A DNA stretch of 64,000 nt from Squalus acanthias (lineage: Eukaryota), in contig CM059432.1 of NCBI GenBank assembly GCA_030390025.1, positions 46,626,001 through 46,690,000 of the forward strand, read 5' to 3'. Position 1 is the stretch's first letter. Every line of letters starts with the position of its first letter. Under the pieces are notes generated by a model. That model did not search any database. It saw only the letters and a program-made list of their open reading frames with translations, and was not told where the DNA came from. This document shows positions 1-12,227 of the stretch, in pieces. The translations under genes were made by a program, and so were the position numbers.

Positions 1-1099
1 CTCACACTCACCCTCATCCTAGTGCAATCATACCAACTAACAACACACAAGGGTAGGCACTTGGGTGTTTTATGCAATGTTCATGTAAATTTTCTGTTAA
101 TGTGTTGTCAAACATTAAAATCTTTAATTTCAACACTTTGCCTTATTGTACAGATCTGTGCTCACCTTTGGAAGTGTCTTAGTGAGTTGCAGTGAATGGT
201 GAGACATAACGGTAACCCCTGCAATGGTGATGAGTGTGAAAGGAATGGCTTGAACATTGTAGGAATGCTTAATGGTGCTGGTGTGTGTTGGTGTTAACCT
301 GGCGCATCATGTGGCAGCCAGGGTGTACAGCGTCAAGTGAAGTAATTCTGGCCATGGTGATGCCATCGCTGGCCTCCTGGGCAACAAAGTTATCGGGTGC
401 TGATGACCTGTGTCCTGTGCAGCATCAGATGATTGCGGAGAAGGTTAGTATTGTTGTTGGTGATGTTGGTGTGCCTGGTGATGTTGGTGTTGGGGCTGAT
501 CGTGGAGGGATTCAGAGGACCATGGTGAGATTTTTTCAAGGGCACCGATGTTGCTGGAATAGATGGCAGCTGAAGTTGAGATGACAGAAGCAAACTGTCA
601 ATAGTGAGAGAGCTTGCTCCAAGGAGGTGACAGTGGATAGAGAGTTTCCTCCAAACACTTCCAAACTGCATACAGCTCAAAAGTGTCTTCCAAGTCCTGA
701 AGGCTCAAGCTACTGACATTGAAAAGTGACCAGCTGTGAAATGGTAGCTTTCATACCACTTTTGCAGCTGTCGCCTATTCACAGCAATGGGAAGACATAG
801 AGAACCCGACCTACTTACCTGATGTGATCTCCGAACGACGTGAATCCCATTAAAAATGTGGTAAAATAGAAAAAGGCTGACAAAATAGTAGTAAACAAGC
901 ACTTAACATGCAGTTAAGTATCTTAAATGCCTCCCCTGCCGCTTGGTGTCGGGTCTGTTCTGAAATCGCAGTTCTAACACTTTGGAAACTTACATGGAGG
1001 CAGGTTCGCAGCGGGCTCCCAACCCGCTGTCAATCATTTTGATTTTGACAGCGGACCCGCCTCCGAACCCGCACTCTGAGCGCCGGCAAAATTCAGCCC
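1..1099. mobile_element. Non-autonomous PIF/Harbinger deletion derivative, right part (left part outside window)
   Basis: Ends in AAAATTCAGCCC, a Harbinger-type TIR. Segments match the Myb intron (29580-29640), intergenic region/transposase C-terminus (39320-39680) and transposase N-terminus (42105-42290) of the large Harbinger; 1-410 is a reverse-complement match to 45782-46210. Confidence 0.8.
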
Positions 1100-1103
1100 G
1101 ACA

Positions 1104-1280
1104 TGTCCATCTGAGAGAAAAGAAAGGGCCTTGATTTAACATGTGATCTGAAAGACAGTACCTCCGATATGCAGCACTCCCTCAGTACTGCACTGAAGTA
1201 TTAGCCTAGATTGCATGTTTAATCTTTGGAGTGGGGCTTGACCCAGAGGCAAGAATGCGGCCACAGAGCCACGGCTGACA
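1104..1280 (-). mobile_element. tRNA-head Deu-domain SINE (SacSINE1/DeuSINE-like), 5' fragment
   Basis: GCAGCACTCCCTCAGTACTGCACTG core and ...GCCACGGCTGACA head are shared with the copies at 12228 and 53785. Confidence 0.7.
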
Positions 1281-1617
1281 TTTCAGCTCTTCTGTCCATG
1301 CCTGGATCAAGGCAGTGATGCTTCATCCCTAATGCACTAAAATCTCATTTATACATTTGCCAATGAAATTCTGTTGTTTTTTTCCCTATATCCCATTGTA
1401 ACGGCAGGAGGAGACTGGTAGAGCCCCCCAGAGAAACTGGATAAATGGCTGAACATGGCCCTTTACATAGTTTCTCTGGGCTTCTGCCAGTCTTCCACTG
1501 AAGTTATGGTGGGTGACCGGAAGCACTCCCACAGAACTCCCAGGCCATTGTTTCCAAACCAGGATACACATCTTGTAAACCAATTTTTCTGAATTACACT
1601 GCCACATTAAGGTAAAA

Positions 1618-1764
1618 GGGTTAAATTTCTATAGGGGTTCTTCCAATCATCTGCTGTACCTTCAGCGGAAGGTCCACGGGAATGGAGTCCCTCTGGGGTT
1701 TCCATGGATCTTCTGCCGAAGATCTGGCAGACAATCGGGACAATCCCTGCAGAAATTTAAACCC
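1618..1764. mobile_element. Small palindromic MITE
   Basis: GGGTTAAATTTCT ... AGAAATTTAAACCC termini, imperfect internal inverted repeat, AAA on both flanks. Confidence 0.5.
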
Positions 1765-2600
1765 AAAGAGTATTACTGGTGCCAATTATGGGGTAAGTTG
1801 CACTCGTGCTCTAATGTGCCCTATTCATGCTGCACTAAATAAATTCCATGTGCCAATTAGAAGTGTTTCAGAAAATACATCTGAGAGTTCTGGCCTAATC
1901 AGTGAGACAACTGCTCCCACAGTCTGGTTAAAATCAGTGAAGCAAGGGATCTGCAGTTTCTGTATAATTCTTTTCACATTATTTCAAGATTGCAGTCTGT
2001 CCTAATGTGTTCTTACATCTGTGCCTCTACCAGTAATCTTAGAATATATAAACAAAAGAATGATTCTGGCTTTAACCTTTGTCTTAGACTTTCTAATCAA
2101 TTTTTTATAAAGCTTTTCTTTGTACAGTGCCATTACACTCCCAAAACACATGCAGCTTTCATATAGTAGATTCATATAGCAGATTACATTTCACAGTTAT
2201 ATATTTCATATGTGATATTAATTACCAGATAATCGGGAGCACCGTGAATCAGGCAGGCTGACATTCGTGCTCCTGTCAAACATGACTCTTTGCAAGGAGC
2301 ACAGACAAGCAGAATTTATTCTTATATATAAATAAATTTGGTGAAAGAGGGAAAAATATCCATGTTTGCAGATATTATTAAGCTAGGAGGTATGTGACAG
2401 ATAATCTGATCTTCAGCACCTGTAGTACTTTTGCACATCAGGCAGCTGCTCCCTTCATTATAGGGCGCTGACATCTGAGACCTACAGAGCACCCCATGCA
2501 CTCAGCATTGTAGAATGTGACCTGGCAGCATCTCAGGTGCTTGGAGCTGACACACCAGTTGTGTGCTACACTCATTAGAATCCTGATTTATATGCAAATA

Positions 2601-3887
2601 TGCTCAGTGATGCTCAGTTTGGGTTCCGCCAAGACCACTCTGCTCCTGACCTCATTACAACCTTGGTCCAAACATGGACAAAGGAGCTGAATTCCAGAGG
2701 TGAGGTGAGAGTGACTGCCCTTGACATCAAGGCAACATTTAACCGAGTGTGGCATGAAGGAGCCCTAGTAAAACTGAAGTCAATGGGAATCGGGGGGGAA
2801 AACTCTCCACTGGCTGGAGTCATACCTAGCACAAAGGAAGATGTTTGTGGTGGTTGAAGGTCAATCATCACAGCCCCAGGGCATCGCTGCAGGAGTTCCT
2901 CAGGGCACTGTCCTAGGCCCAACCATCTTCAGCTGCTTCATCAATGACCTTCCCTCCAACATAAGGTCAGAAATGGGGATGTTCGCTGATGACTGCACAG
3001 TGTTCAGCGCCATTCACAACTCCTCAGATAATGAAGCAGTCCATGCCCGCATGCAACAAGACTTGGACAACGTTCAGACTTGGGTTAATAAGTGGCAGGT
3101 AACATTCACGCCACAGAAGTGCCAGGCAATGATTATCTCCAACAAGCGAGTGTCTAACCACCGCCCCTTGACATTCAATGGTACTACCATCGCTGAATCC
3201 CCCACCATCAACATCCTGGGGGTCACCATTGACCAGAAACTTAACTGGACCAGCCACATAAATACTGTGGCAACAAGAGCAGGTCAGAGGCTAGGTATTC
3301 TGTGGCGAGTGTCTCACCTTCTGACTCCCCAAAACCTTTCTACCATCTACAAGGCACAAGTAAGGAGTGTGATGGAATACTCTCCACTTGCTTGGATGAG
3401 TGAGGCTCCAACAACACTCAAGAAGCTCGACACCATACAGGACAAAGCAGCCCGCTTGATTGGCACCCCATGTACCATCTTAAACATTCACTCCCTCCAC
3501 CACTGGTGTACCGTGGCTGCAGTGTGTACCATCTACAAGATTCACTGCAACAACTTGCCAATTATTCTTCGCAGCACCTCCCAAACCCACGACCTCTTCC
3601 ACCTAGAAGGACAGGGGCAGTAGGCGCATGGGAACACCACCACCTCCAAGTTCCCCTCCAAGTCACACACCATCCTGACTTAGAAGTATATCGCTGATCC
3701 TTCATCGTCGCTGGGTCAAAATCCTGGAACTCCCTCCCTAACAACACTGTGGGAGTACCTTCACCACACGGACTGCAGCGGTTCAAGAAGGCGGCTCACC
3801 ACCACCTTCTCAAGGGCAATTAGGGATGGGCAATAAATGCTGGCCTTGCCAGCGACGCCCACATCCCATGAACGAATTTTTAAAAAA
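2601..3887 (+). mobile_element. 5'-truncated CR1/L2-group LINE (RT C-half + 3' UTR), frameshifted
   Basis: QFGFR, ALDIKATFNRVWH, GVPQGTVLGP and MFADDC motifs. The 3' end GCCAGCGACGCCCACATCCCATGAACGAAT is identical to that of the copy at 51227-53746. Confidence 0.92.
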
Positions 3888-3889
3888 TG

Positions 3890-4278
3890 TGGAGAGGTTC
3901 CCATAATGCAATTCAGGCATCTGAATAGTGCTTCTTAGGCTAAGCATAAAACAGGTGCTGCAAAGTAAGCCTCTTACCGTCACTTGAGTCTTTGCTCTTA
4001 AAGGTGTATCTGTTGGCAACTCATCGTTTCAGCAATATAGTTGTTGTTAAATAAAGAAAGGGAAGGAACAGGAACTCGGCCTCTTATTAGCATGAACAAA
4101 GGGCCTAATGCCTGTTGTAGGCAGCCACCAAGGACGCCTCTGCAGCGCCTGAACCAATATGGAGTTGGACGTCTTTCCAATGCTGTTCGGGTGTGGGAGG
4201 TTGGCCCCTTAAATTCGACCTCTTTACACCTGTTTGCAGTTCGGAAAACGGGCACAATGAGGACCAATTTCTATCCCT
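3890..4278. mobile_element. Old Harbinger-type MITE remnant
   Basis: Ends GACCAATTTCTATCCC, resembling the GGGNNAGAAATT termini of other MITEs here; left end not defined. Confidence 0.35.
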
Positions 4279-4928
4279 TTTTTCTTTGTTATTCTGGATG
4301 TACAATGAAATTATGCAAACCTTAGCCAGAGAGTCAAACAACTTAAATGATGGAGTACGTTTGTACTTTTCATACCAGAAATGTGAATTAATATTTTAAT
4401 GCTGTTGTGAATATGCATCTTTTTTTTAAAAAAGCACATAAGGACATTGATTCAATGGTTTAGTGAAGCAACAGCACCAATTTTTATGCCTTTCCAAAAA
4501 AATTGAATGGTTAGAAGGGTTCTGTGAGACTTGCCTGACATAACTGCTATAATATTTGATGAGGTGGTTAGATTTACTATAAAGTGTGCAACTGAACAAT
4601 GTCAAGTTGGTGAATTTCAACAAGGCACACCATTTTTTTTCACACGAGTGCCTTACCATACAGTGTTATTACACTGCACTCAAATTTTCATAATAAAAAG
4701 TATTTGGTTCAGGTGCCCTTGTGCAAGGAGAACAATGTTTAAAATGCTTAATTTTACAGTTTCTTTTGTAGAACCGTTTCCACTGTTGCATTTGGTGGGA
4801 GTTGAAGTGACAGCTTTTATTAATGTAAATTTGTTGTGATAGTTTTGAGCTACAAAAGGGTGCAAAGATGTCATGGCGAGTGTTACAATATGATTTACAT
4901 TTCCGCAAGCAAGGTTGCCATCATGAAT

Positions 4929-5058
4929 AGAGGGTTGCAGGGCTATGAGGAAAGGGCGGGGGAGTGGGACTAATTAGATAGCTCTTTCAAAGAGCCAGCA
5001 CAGGCACGATGGGCCAAATGGCCTTCCTCTGTGCTATAAGATTCTACGATTCTATGAA
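4929..5058 (+). mobile_element. CR1 LINE 3' tail
   Basis: GYxE.AG.W-type ORF end, GGGCCAAATGGCCT stem and (ATTCTAYG)n tail. Confidence 0.75.
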
Positions 5059-5063
5059 TGATG

Positions 5064-5676
5064 TGTAAGGGGACAAAAAAGACTTCTTAGAATTAAAGTT
5101 AGAAGAAACTATAACTTCTTAGAATTAAAATTAGTGGAAACTAGAAGGCTGATAAGTTTGTCTCCTATCCTTGCTTAGGAATGTAGGACCTAGATAAGAC
5201 AGGAACTGTAAGGCTAACAAGCTTGGCTTTTGTCCTTGCTTAAGATAAGGCAGGACAAACAGATTCCCCTAGCATGAGGTAAGCACCTCTGGCCAGAGTA
5301 GGAACAGATAATTTAGCCCACGAATGCTGTAAAGATGGGTTTCTGTGAACCATTCAGCAACCTCCCTGATAAGGGGCAACGAATGGACACAGCCCTTCGC
5401 CTATTCTGTACACCAATCAATGATCATAGAAGGGGTGTGCACGAGGGGTGCACGCCTCAAGTTAGGGTATAATTGCTGTACGTATTTGATACTCGGTGGA
5501 AGAATCCTTTCTCTGGGATGAGACTGAGATTTTCCCCCTGCATATGCTTGAATAAAGATCGTGGACTTATCCAAGGTGTCCGTCTGGTGAATTCGTGGTT
5601 GCTATAGGGCAAGCGTCGACCCCTTATCTCAGGGGGTCCGCTTGAGAGGAGGGAAGACTTCTCTTTTACCCCAACA
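5064..5676 (+). mobile_element. Solo LTR (613 bp), ERV-like
   Basis: TGTAAGGGG...ACCCCAACA termini, 4-bp TSD GATG (5060-5063/5677-5680), TATAAT near 5468, AATAAA at 5551, short direct repeats in U3. Confidence 0.88.
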
Positions 5677-5999
5677 GATGCTTGCTTTCACAAGTGGAAA
5701 TATAAATCAACAATGTCACTGCTGACTGTGATTTATTAATGGCACTTGCTTGAAACATTACTATTAAATATTTTAGTAATATTTCAATGTCGTTTTTGCA
5801 AATATTAGTGGGTAGTGTTAGGAACTTGAAGGACTTTTTAATACCGGAGAATATGAGCTGTTTCTCATATTCTCCGGAGCTAAACAGCCAGCACCTCGAA
5901 AATCCCTAAAGGAGATTAAGTATTAAATTCAGAACCGTCTCAGCCTTAAACAGAACTTGATCGAGTGTTCAGCCATACAGCTGGTATTACTGTCTAACT

Positions 6000-6355
6000 A
6001 AAAAGAAAAAAAACTGAAAATGCTGGAAATCTGAAAAAAAAACAAAAGTACTAGAAATACACTCCAACTCAGTTTGCATCTGTAGAGAGAAACGACATGT
6101 TAAAAAACCTTCACAACTGAAAACTGAAAGATAAAGGGGGTGAAAATGATCTTTGGCAGTAGTGTGAAACAGGCAATAGTGAACTCATGCCCAACTTTCT
6201 TTGCATTCAAGAAGTCCCTGTCCACCACCAGCACCCACCTCTGTCTGGCTGAACTTGTTCTTAAATTGAACCTCATCTCTTTTAATTCCAGTCACTTCCT
6301 CCAGATAAAAAATGTTGCTATGTCCATGGAGCCTACTGATACCTGCCCTTTTGTA
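6000..6355. mobile_element. Degenerate Penelope-like element: inverted terminal segment plus RT fragment
   Basis: 6000-6095 resembles the terminus at 13050-13120. 6225-6350 encodes LAELVLKLNLISFNSSHFLQIKNVAM, a PLE RT motif (N.F.F....Y.Q..G.AMG). Confidence 0.7.
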
Positions 6356-6416
6356 CCTAGGAACAGTAGTAGGTCATTCAGCCCCTTTAGCCTGTTCCGC
6401 CATTCAGTTAGATTAT

Positions 6417-6654
6417 AGTGAGAAGTCGCACAACACCAGGTTATAGTCCAACAGTTTTATTTGAAATCACAAGCTTTCGGAGCTGCTGCTCCTTCGTCAG
6501 GTGAAGTGAAGAAAGTATTCCTTCACTTCACCTGACGAAGGAGCAGCAGCTCCGAAAGCTTGTGATTTCAAATAAAACTGTTGGACTATAACCTGGTGTT
6601 GTGCGACTTCTCGCTTTTGTCCACCCCAGTCCAACACCGGCATCTCCGCATCAA
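6417..6654 (+). mobile_element. Penelope-like element 3' end with inverted (fold-back) copy
   Basis: 92-bp inverted arms 6420-6511/6521-6612, 9-nt loop, unpaired ~40-nt tail, 11-bp TSD AGTTAGATTAT (6406-6416/6655-6665). Confidence 0.85.
6528..6565 (+). ncRNA. Minimal type I hammerhead ribozyme motif (mirror copy 6467-6504 on -)
   Basis: TCAC-CTGACGA-A-GGAGC(AGCA)GCTCC-GAAA-G-CTT-GTGA: core boxes, 5-bp stem II, stem I TCAC/GTGA, palindromic AAGCTT in place of stem III. Confidence 0.8.
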
Positions 6655-8089
6655 AGTTAGATTATGGCTGATCTGTATCTCAACTCCATTTATCAGCCTT
6701 TTCCTCATATCCCTTGGTACCCTTATCCAACAAAAATCTATCGATCTCAGTCTTGAAAATGAAGTGCATGCGCAAAAACCCAGAACTTGCAATCTGACAG
6801 ATCGTAGCCATCCCCAGGAAAAGGGCATCTGCGGGCGGAGAGTTGGGCTATTTGCCCAACTACTGCTCAGCAAATGCCCGTGAAATTCTTACACATCACC
6901 TCTCAGCCTTCTCTTTTAAAGAGAAAAGAGACCCAGCCTGTTCATCCTTTCCTGACAGATATGACTTCACAGTTCTGGTATCATCATTGTAAATCTTTTT
7001 TGCACCCTCTTCAGTGTCTCTATATCCTTTTTATAATATGGCAACCAGAACTGCACAGAGCACTCTAAGTGTGGTCTAACCAAGGTTCGATACAAGTTTC
7101 GCATAACTTCTCTACTTTTCAATTCTATCCCTCTAGAAATAAACCCTGGTGCTTGGTTTGCTTTTGTTATGGCCTTATTAACCTGCATTGCAACTTTTAG
7201 TGATTTGTGTATTTGTACTCCCAGATCCCTTTGCTCCTCTACACCATTTAGATTCTTATTTTCTAAGTAATATGTGACTTCCTTATTTTTCTTACCAAAA
7301 TGTAATACCTCACACTTATCTATGTTGAAATTAATTTGTCAATTACATGCCCATTCTGCAAGTTTATTAATGTCTTCTTGTAATTTATTGCAGTCCTCCT
7401 CAGTATTGACTATCCCTCCCAATTTGGTGTCGTCCGCAAATTTAGAAATTGTGTTTTTGATTCCAAAGTCTAAATCACTAATATAAATTGTGAATAACAG
7501 TGGTCCCAGCACTGATCCTTTTGGGACCCCACTTTCCACCTTCTGCCACTTTGAATAGCTACCTTTTACCCCTACTCTCTGCGTTCTGTCTTTCAGCCAG
7601 CTAGCTATCCATTCTGCTACTTGTCGCCTGACTCCGCATTCTCTGACCTGATTCATTAATAAGGGAGGAGGTTAAGAAAAGGCTAAGGAAAGCAAGGAGG
7701 AGGTATGGGGAGAGCTTCTCAAAGTAATATTTAAAAGAACAGTGAATTATTCTATGAATATATCAGTAAAATGCAAATTGTTAAATGTGAGGTGGGACCC
7801 CTGATGGAAAAGCATAGGAAGTTAACAGAGGATAAATAGAAATTGACAGGAATACTTAGCAAGTACTTTGCATCAGTGTTTACAAAAGAGAAGGTTATTG
7901 GGCCTGTGGGCCACAATATTTTTGTGAACAAGGAGGATCCCCATATAAACTCTCCGCAAATAAAATTCTGGCCCTTTACCTGAGCGGCCACCCAGCGTCT
8001 CTTGAAGGCCGCTCACCACTTGATACAAATGGGCAGCATGTGTATGACACACGTCCACCCATTTGTACTGAAAATTGTAATTGCAGTTA

Positions 8090-8460
8090 TAAGAACATAA
8101 GAATTAGGAGCAGGAGTAGGCCATACGGCCCCTCGAGCCTGCTCCACCATTCAATAAGATCATGGCTGATCTTCGACCTCAACTCCACTATCCCGCCCGA
8201 TCTCCATATCCCTTGATTCCCCTAGAGTCCAAAAATCTATCTATCTCAGCCTTGAATATACTCAACGATTCAACATCCACAGGCCTTTGGAGCAGAGAAT
8301 TCCAAAGATTCACAGCCCTCTGAGTGAAGAAATTCCTCCTCATCTCAGTCTTAAATGGCCGACCCCTTATCCTGAGACAATGCCCCCTGGTCCTAGACTC
8401 TCCAGCCAGGGGAAACAACATCTCAGCATCTACCCTGTCAATCCTCCTCAGAATCTTAAT
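8090..8460 (-). mobile_element. CR1 LINE 3' end
   Basis: ESRTRGH..RIRGRPFKTEMRRNFFTQRAVNLWNSL; AAGAACAT-type tail and stem-loop. Confidence 0.9.
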
Positions 8461-8679
8461 ATGTCCTAAAACCAGATTTGCATATTTAAGCCACCTTATA
8501 CCTGAAACACGCCGGCCTACTGTGTGCCCTTTTACAGGCCTGCCTGAAAATTACATCAGGCGGGCCTTGGGCATCAATGGGGCGGCCAAGTTGCCCCCTT
8601 CCCCCACCCCCCCACAACAATTTTTAACTGCTGATTCTTAGGCGAGAAACAGGCACCCAGCCATTGAAAATTGCCCCAG

Positions 8680-9000
8680 ACTGTTTCCAGTAGTTGAGGG
8701 GTCTAGAATGAAGGGATATAAATATAAGATAGATTTAGGAAAGAGAGCAGAAGAAACTTTTTTATACAAAGGGTTGCGAGGCTGTGGAATGCACTAGCGG
8801 AGATAATGTTTGAAGCAGAGTCCATATCAATATTTAAGAGCAGGTTAAATAGGTGGTTGAAGGAGAGGAAACTAAAGGGATATGGGAACAGGGCAGGCAA
8901 ATGGGATTAGGACTAAAGTTTGTGTGGAGAATAAACACCAATATGGACTGGTTGGGCCAAACACCCTGTTTGTATATTGTAATATCTATGTAATTATGTG
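8680..9000 (+). mobile_element. Degenerate CR1 3' end
   Basis: RRNFFIQRVARLWNAL and KGYGNRAGKW; (TAATTATG)-like tail. Confidence 0.75.
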
Positions 9001-10701
9001 ATGTTACCAGGCTTTCAACAGCAAAGCCTCTGTCTGTGTGTATATATGGTGGAAGAAAGAGCCTTGATTGTTCTTTACTCAATAACTTTGGCAATGTAAT
9101 AAATATATCACTCTTGATGTCATCTGCAACATTTTTATCAAATATCCCAAGAGTTTAGACAAAGCACTGAATTAGTTAATATGCGTCATGCACTTGCAGT
9201 TCTCATGCTGTACAGGTGTTTGAGTTGCATCCACAGTTAATTTTTATCACTTGCTCAGGTTAAGCATGCAGAGGAACTGGTAGACTCTGGATTGCTCCAG
9301 CGCACATATGTTACCAAGGGATATAAGAAAGATGATAACTAACTCTTATCAGGTCACTGCAGACTTTCATACATCTGAGAGTGGTGCTTTACCATGATGG
9401 TTGTCTCATTATTATTAAAGGTGCCGTCTGATGAGTTACAAGTACTTAATAAATTATGCAAAGCTCCAGTGCTGTAATTTTAATCAGATATTGGATGAAA
9501 GTCTAAGCTCTTAAAAAGTAATTTACTCTATTATTACCAAAGGAGTATTACAAAAAAGCCCAGCTCCAATGCTGAAACAATTGTCACTGGAGTGTGCAAT
9601 ACATCTAAAAGATTTTTCCTACAATCACAGAAACATTAAAGTAGCAGTTAAATATTGTGGCTAATGTATTGTATAGCTATGATGTACAATATTCGTTTTT
9701 GGGACAATTGCCCGTGTTCATGCTGGAGACGGGGAGCATCGCCTATAAGGCACAGATATCGTGAAGCTGCAACAATTTTAATGGACAGAATATTGCGGGC
9801 AGTAAGCTCATGCTTTTAGAATGTGCACAGCTGGCAGTCTACACAAGCAGAACAAAGGGAGAAGTTCCTTCTCGAGTTCCACTGGTTAACAGCATGTTGA
9901 AAGGGGTGGAGCTAAGATTCAGGCCACAGCTGACCATTACTGTCATTGGATATGTCAGCCTTTATACTGCATGGAGCAGCTTTTTGTATCAGATGGCAAA
10001 TCAGTTCTGCCTTTCTGTCTTTGCTGACCCAGACCCTGAGGAGACAGTTCTCATGGTCATTGATTAGTAGATGTGACAGCCCTGCAGAAATGGTGGTTGT
10101 TCTCTTGGCAGGTGTGGCTATTTGGGGTGTACATTGGGCTGCCATGCCTTCTTTAATGGAGTGATTGGGGAAGAACCATCCAACATTATGGTTAATCAGG
10201 TATTGACATATTTTAGTGTTGCCATCTGGTTTACCATCCCAGCTTCCTTTAAGAAGATGAACCTCCAGCTGCCATAATTGTCTGTCAAAGTGAGGCATAT
10301 TCACCTCTGTCTGCAGATGTCGCTGTGCGGTTCCTGGCTGCTGGCTGGTAGGCATGTAGCATCTCTGCTGCAGCCTGACCTGAGCACAAACAGTGAATTG
10401 TATCTTGTGTAGCTTGGCATGGATTGAAACAACTACATAAAACATTTGGATCGATATTTCACATTGAATATGATAACTATGCTTGATTGTATGGGTCAGC
10501 TCATTTGTAGAAAAGTGTGAAGTAATGCATTTGGAAGTAAAAACAGGGAAAAGAAAATGCATCTTAAATGGTGATTTTAAATGGAGTTGATGAGTAGTGG
10601 GACCAGGGTTTGCAGATGCATTGGTCATTAAAGGTGGCAACACAGATAGATAAAATCATAAAAAAGGCAAACAGATTTCTTGCTTTGTATTTAGAGGCAT
10701 T

Positions 10702-11575
10702 GGGGGAAAAATTCAGCTGCTTTGCATAAGAGGGTGCTCATGGGACGCAAAGCAACTAGCGCCCGGGCGTGGCGATGTTTGCGCTGCTCACGCAATTGAC
10801 CAGACATTTTGCGGTGGCGCTAAACACTACCGCCACGATCTCCTGTGCCCGCAGATTGTGACGTCAGTCGAGCGTGCAACGCCCCGGTAGCGCCCCGGAC
10901 CAGATAGTGAGTGGTGCCCCCGCCTTTCCGCCTGCCGCTAGCAATGACAGGTTGAGGGAACCGTTTTGCAGTCGGGAAGGGACTGGGGGAGCTCTATTTA
11001 AAGGCGACCGCTTCCTGCCTTTTTTTGTCGGCGACATTTTTGCACCACGCATTCTGAGAGAGAGAGAGAGTCTATGGAGAGATTCAACGCTGTGTGAAGG
11101 AGTTTTGGGTATTGAGCAGCACTTTGCAGGTTCATTTTGATTTGACCTTCTTTGCATCAATTTAGAAGAGACTTTGGGGGCTGCACTCTGAGCTCTTTCC
11201 CATGGCCTCTCCATTGTTCTTTCCAGCAGATTTGATGTACAGGTCTCTCGAGGCTGAGATTCAAGACTGCAATGAGCAGGGTGTGGCTGGAGAGCAAGAT
11301 CGACCCTCCCCTTTAAGAACTGGCCGGTGCCAGTGTGTCTATGTTCCATTGCTGACTGACATCACATGAGCTTCGCCAGCGCTCTGAGGTAGCGCCTCGC
11401 TCCTCAGCGTTAGCATCTTAAGAGAGATGTGTAGCGCCTGATTTAGCGCTCCAATCACCTCCAGGGGCGATAGAAGCCAAGTTTGCAGTCGGAGGCGATA
11501 ATTAGCGCCAGGCGCTAAACTTTGCGCCCGGCCGATAATTGCGCCCCAAACGGGGCAATACTGAATTTCTCCCCC
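10702..11575. mobile_element. GC-rich Harbinger-type MITE inserted in a CR1 fragment
   Basis: TIRs GGGGGAAAAATTCAG / CTGAATTTCTCCCCC. Related, in inverted orientation, to 58274-59046 and 63154-63888. Flanks rejoin to CR1 sequence (AGAGGCAT|AGAATATAAAA). Confidence 0.8.
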
Positions 11576-12227
11576 TAATAGAATATAAAAATAAAGAGAG
11601 TATGTTAAATTTGTACTTAGGCTGCATTTGAAGTACTGTGCACAGTTTTGGGCACTCCATGAGGCATCCCTGGTTGAAGTATTTTATTAAGCTGGATTTA
11701 CCCTCATGAACTCAAATCACATAAAACGAAGACAGAAGTTTGCACTGCCATCACATGTTTTCTGAAATTACACTGAAAATACAGCAGCATGGTGAAGAGG
11801 TTGAAGGCAGGATTCAGGTGATGTATGAAGTAATGAACTCTTCTGTGGAACAAACCGTTAATGTTTGAGGGCAGCCACAGATTGCCGATCGACATAATTA
11901 ACAATGACATTAATTATCAAGACAGCTTGCACTGGTACGACACCCGTGATGTGTATGAGTGATGATGACACTGTGCTGTGCTTGAATCTTGAACATTTAA
12001 AGCTAGAAATTTCTATTGGTGTGGTAATTAGTTCATTGCGATTTGCTACAAGTGTTAGGAAAATTCACACCTTCTTATTAACTCCCAATATTCCTGTTGT
12101 TGCTGCAAGTAAATTGGGTGGCCTCTACAACAGGATAACTAATTACAATGTATAGCAGCAGGTACATAGCTTAGAAAGCATTTAAATTCCGGATTAATAT
12201 GGGCAGCAGACCCTGAAAAGATTTGAT

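Larger units (their letters stand above)
6358..7655 (-). mobile_element. CR1 LINE fragment (RT + 3' end), interrupted by a Penelope insertion
   Basis: SGVPKGSVLGPLLFTIYI, ISKFADDTK, LYRTLVRPHLE; tail at 6358-6416 plus 6666-6760. Confidence 0.88.

Noticed and set aside
4105..4341. Possible terminal host exon (PPTPEQHWKDVQLHIG...)
   Set aside because: Lies within a MITE-like remnant ending in a TIR motif; no recognisable homology.
9912..10643. 243-aa minus-strand ORF
   Set aside because: No recognisable domain; overlaps the antisense of a CR1 fragment and probable decayed transposon sequence.
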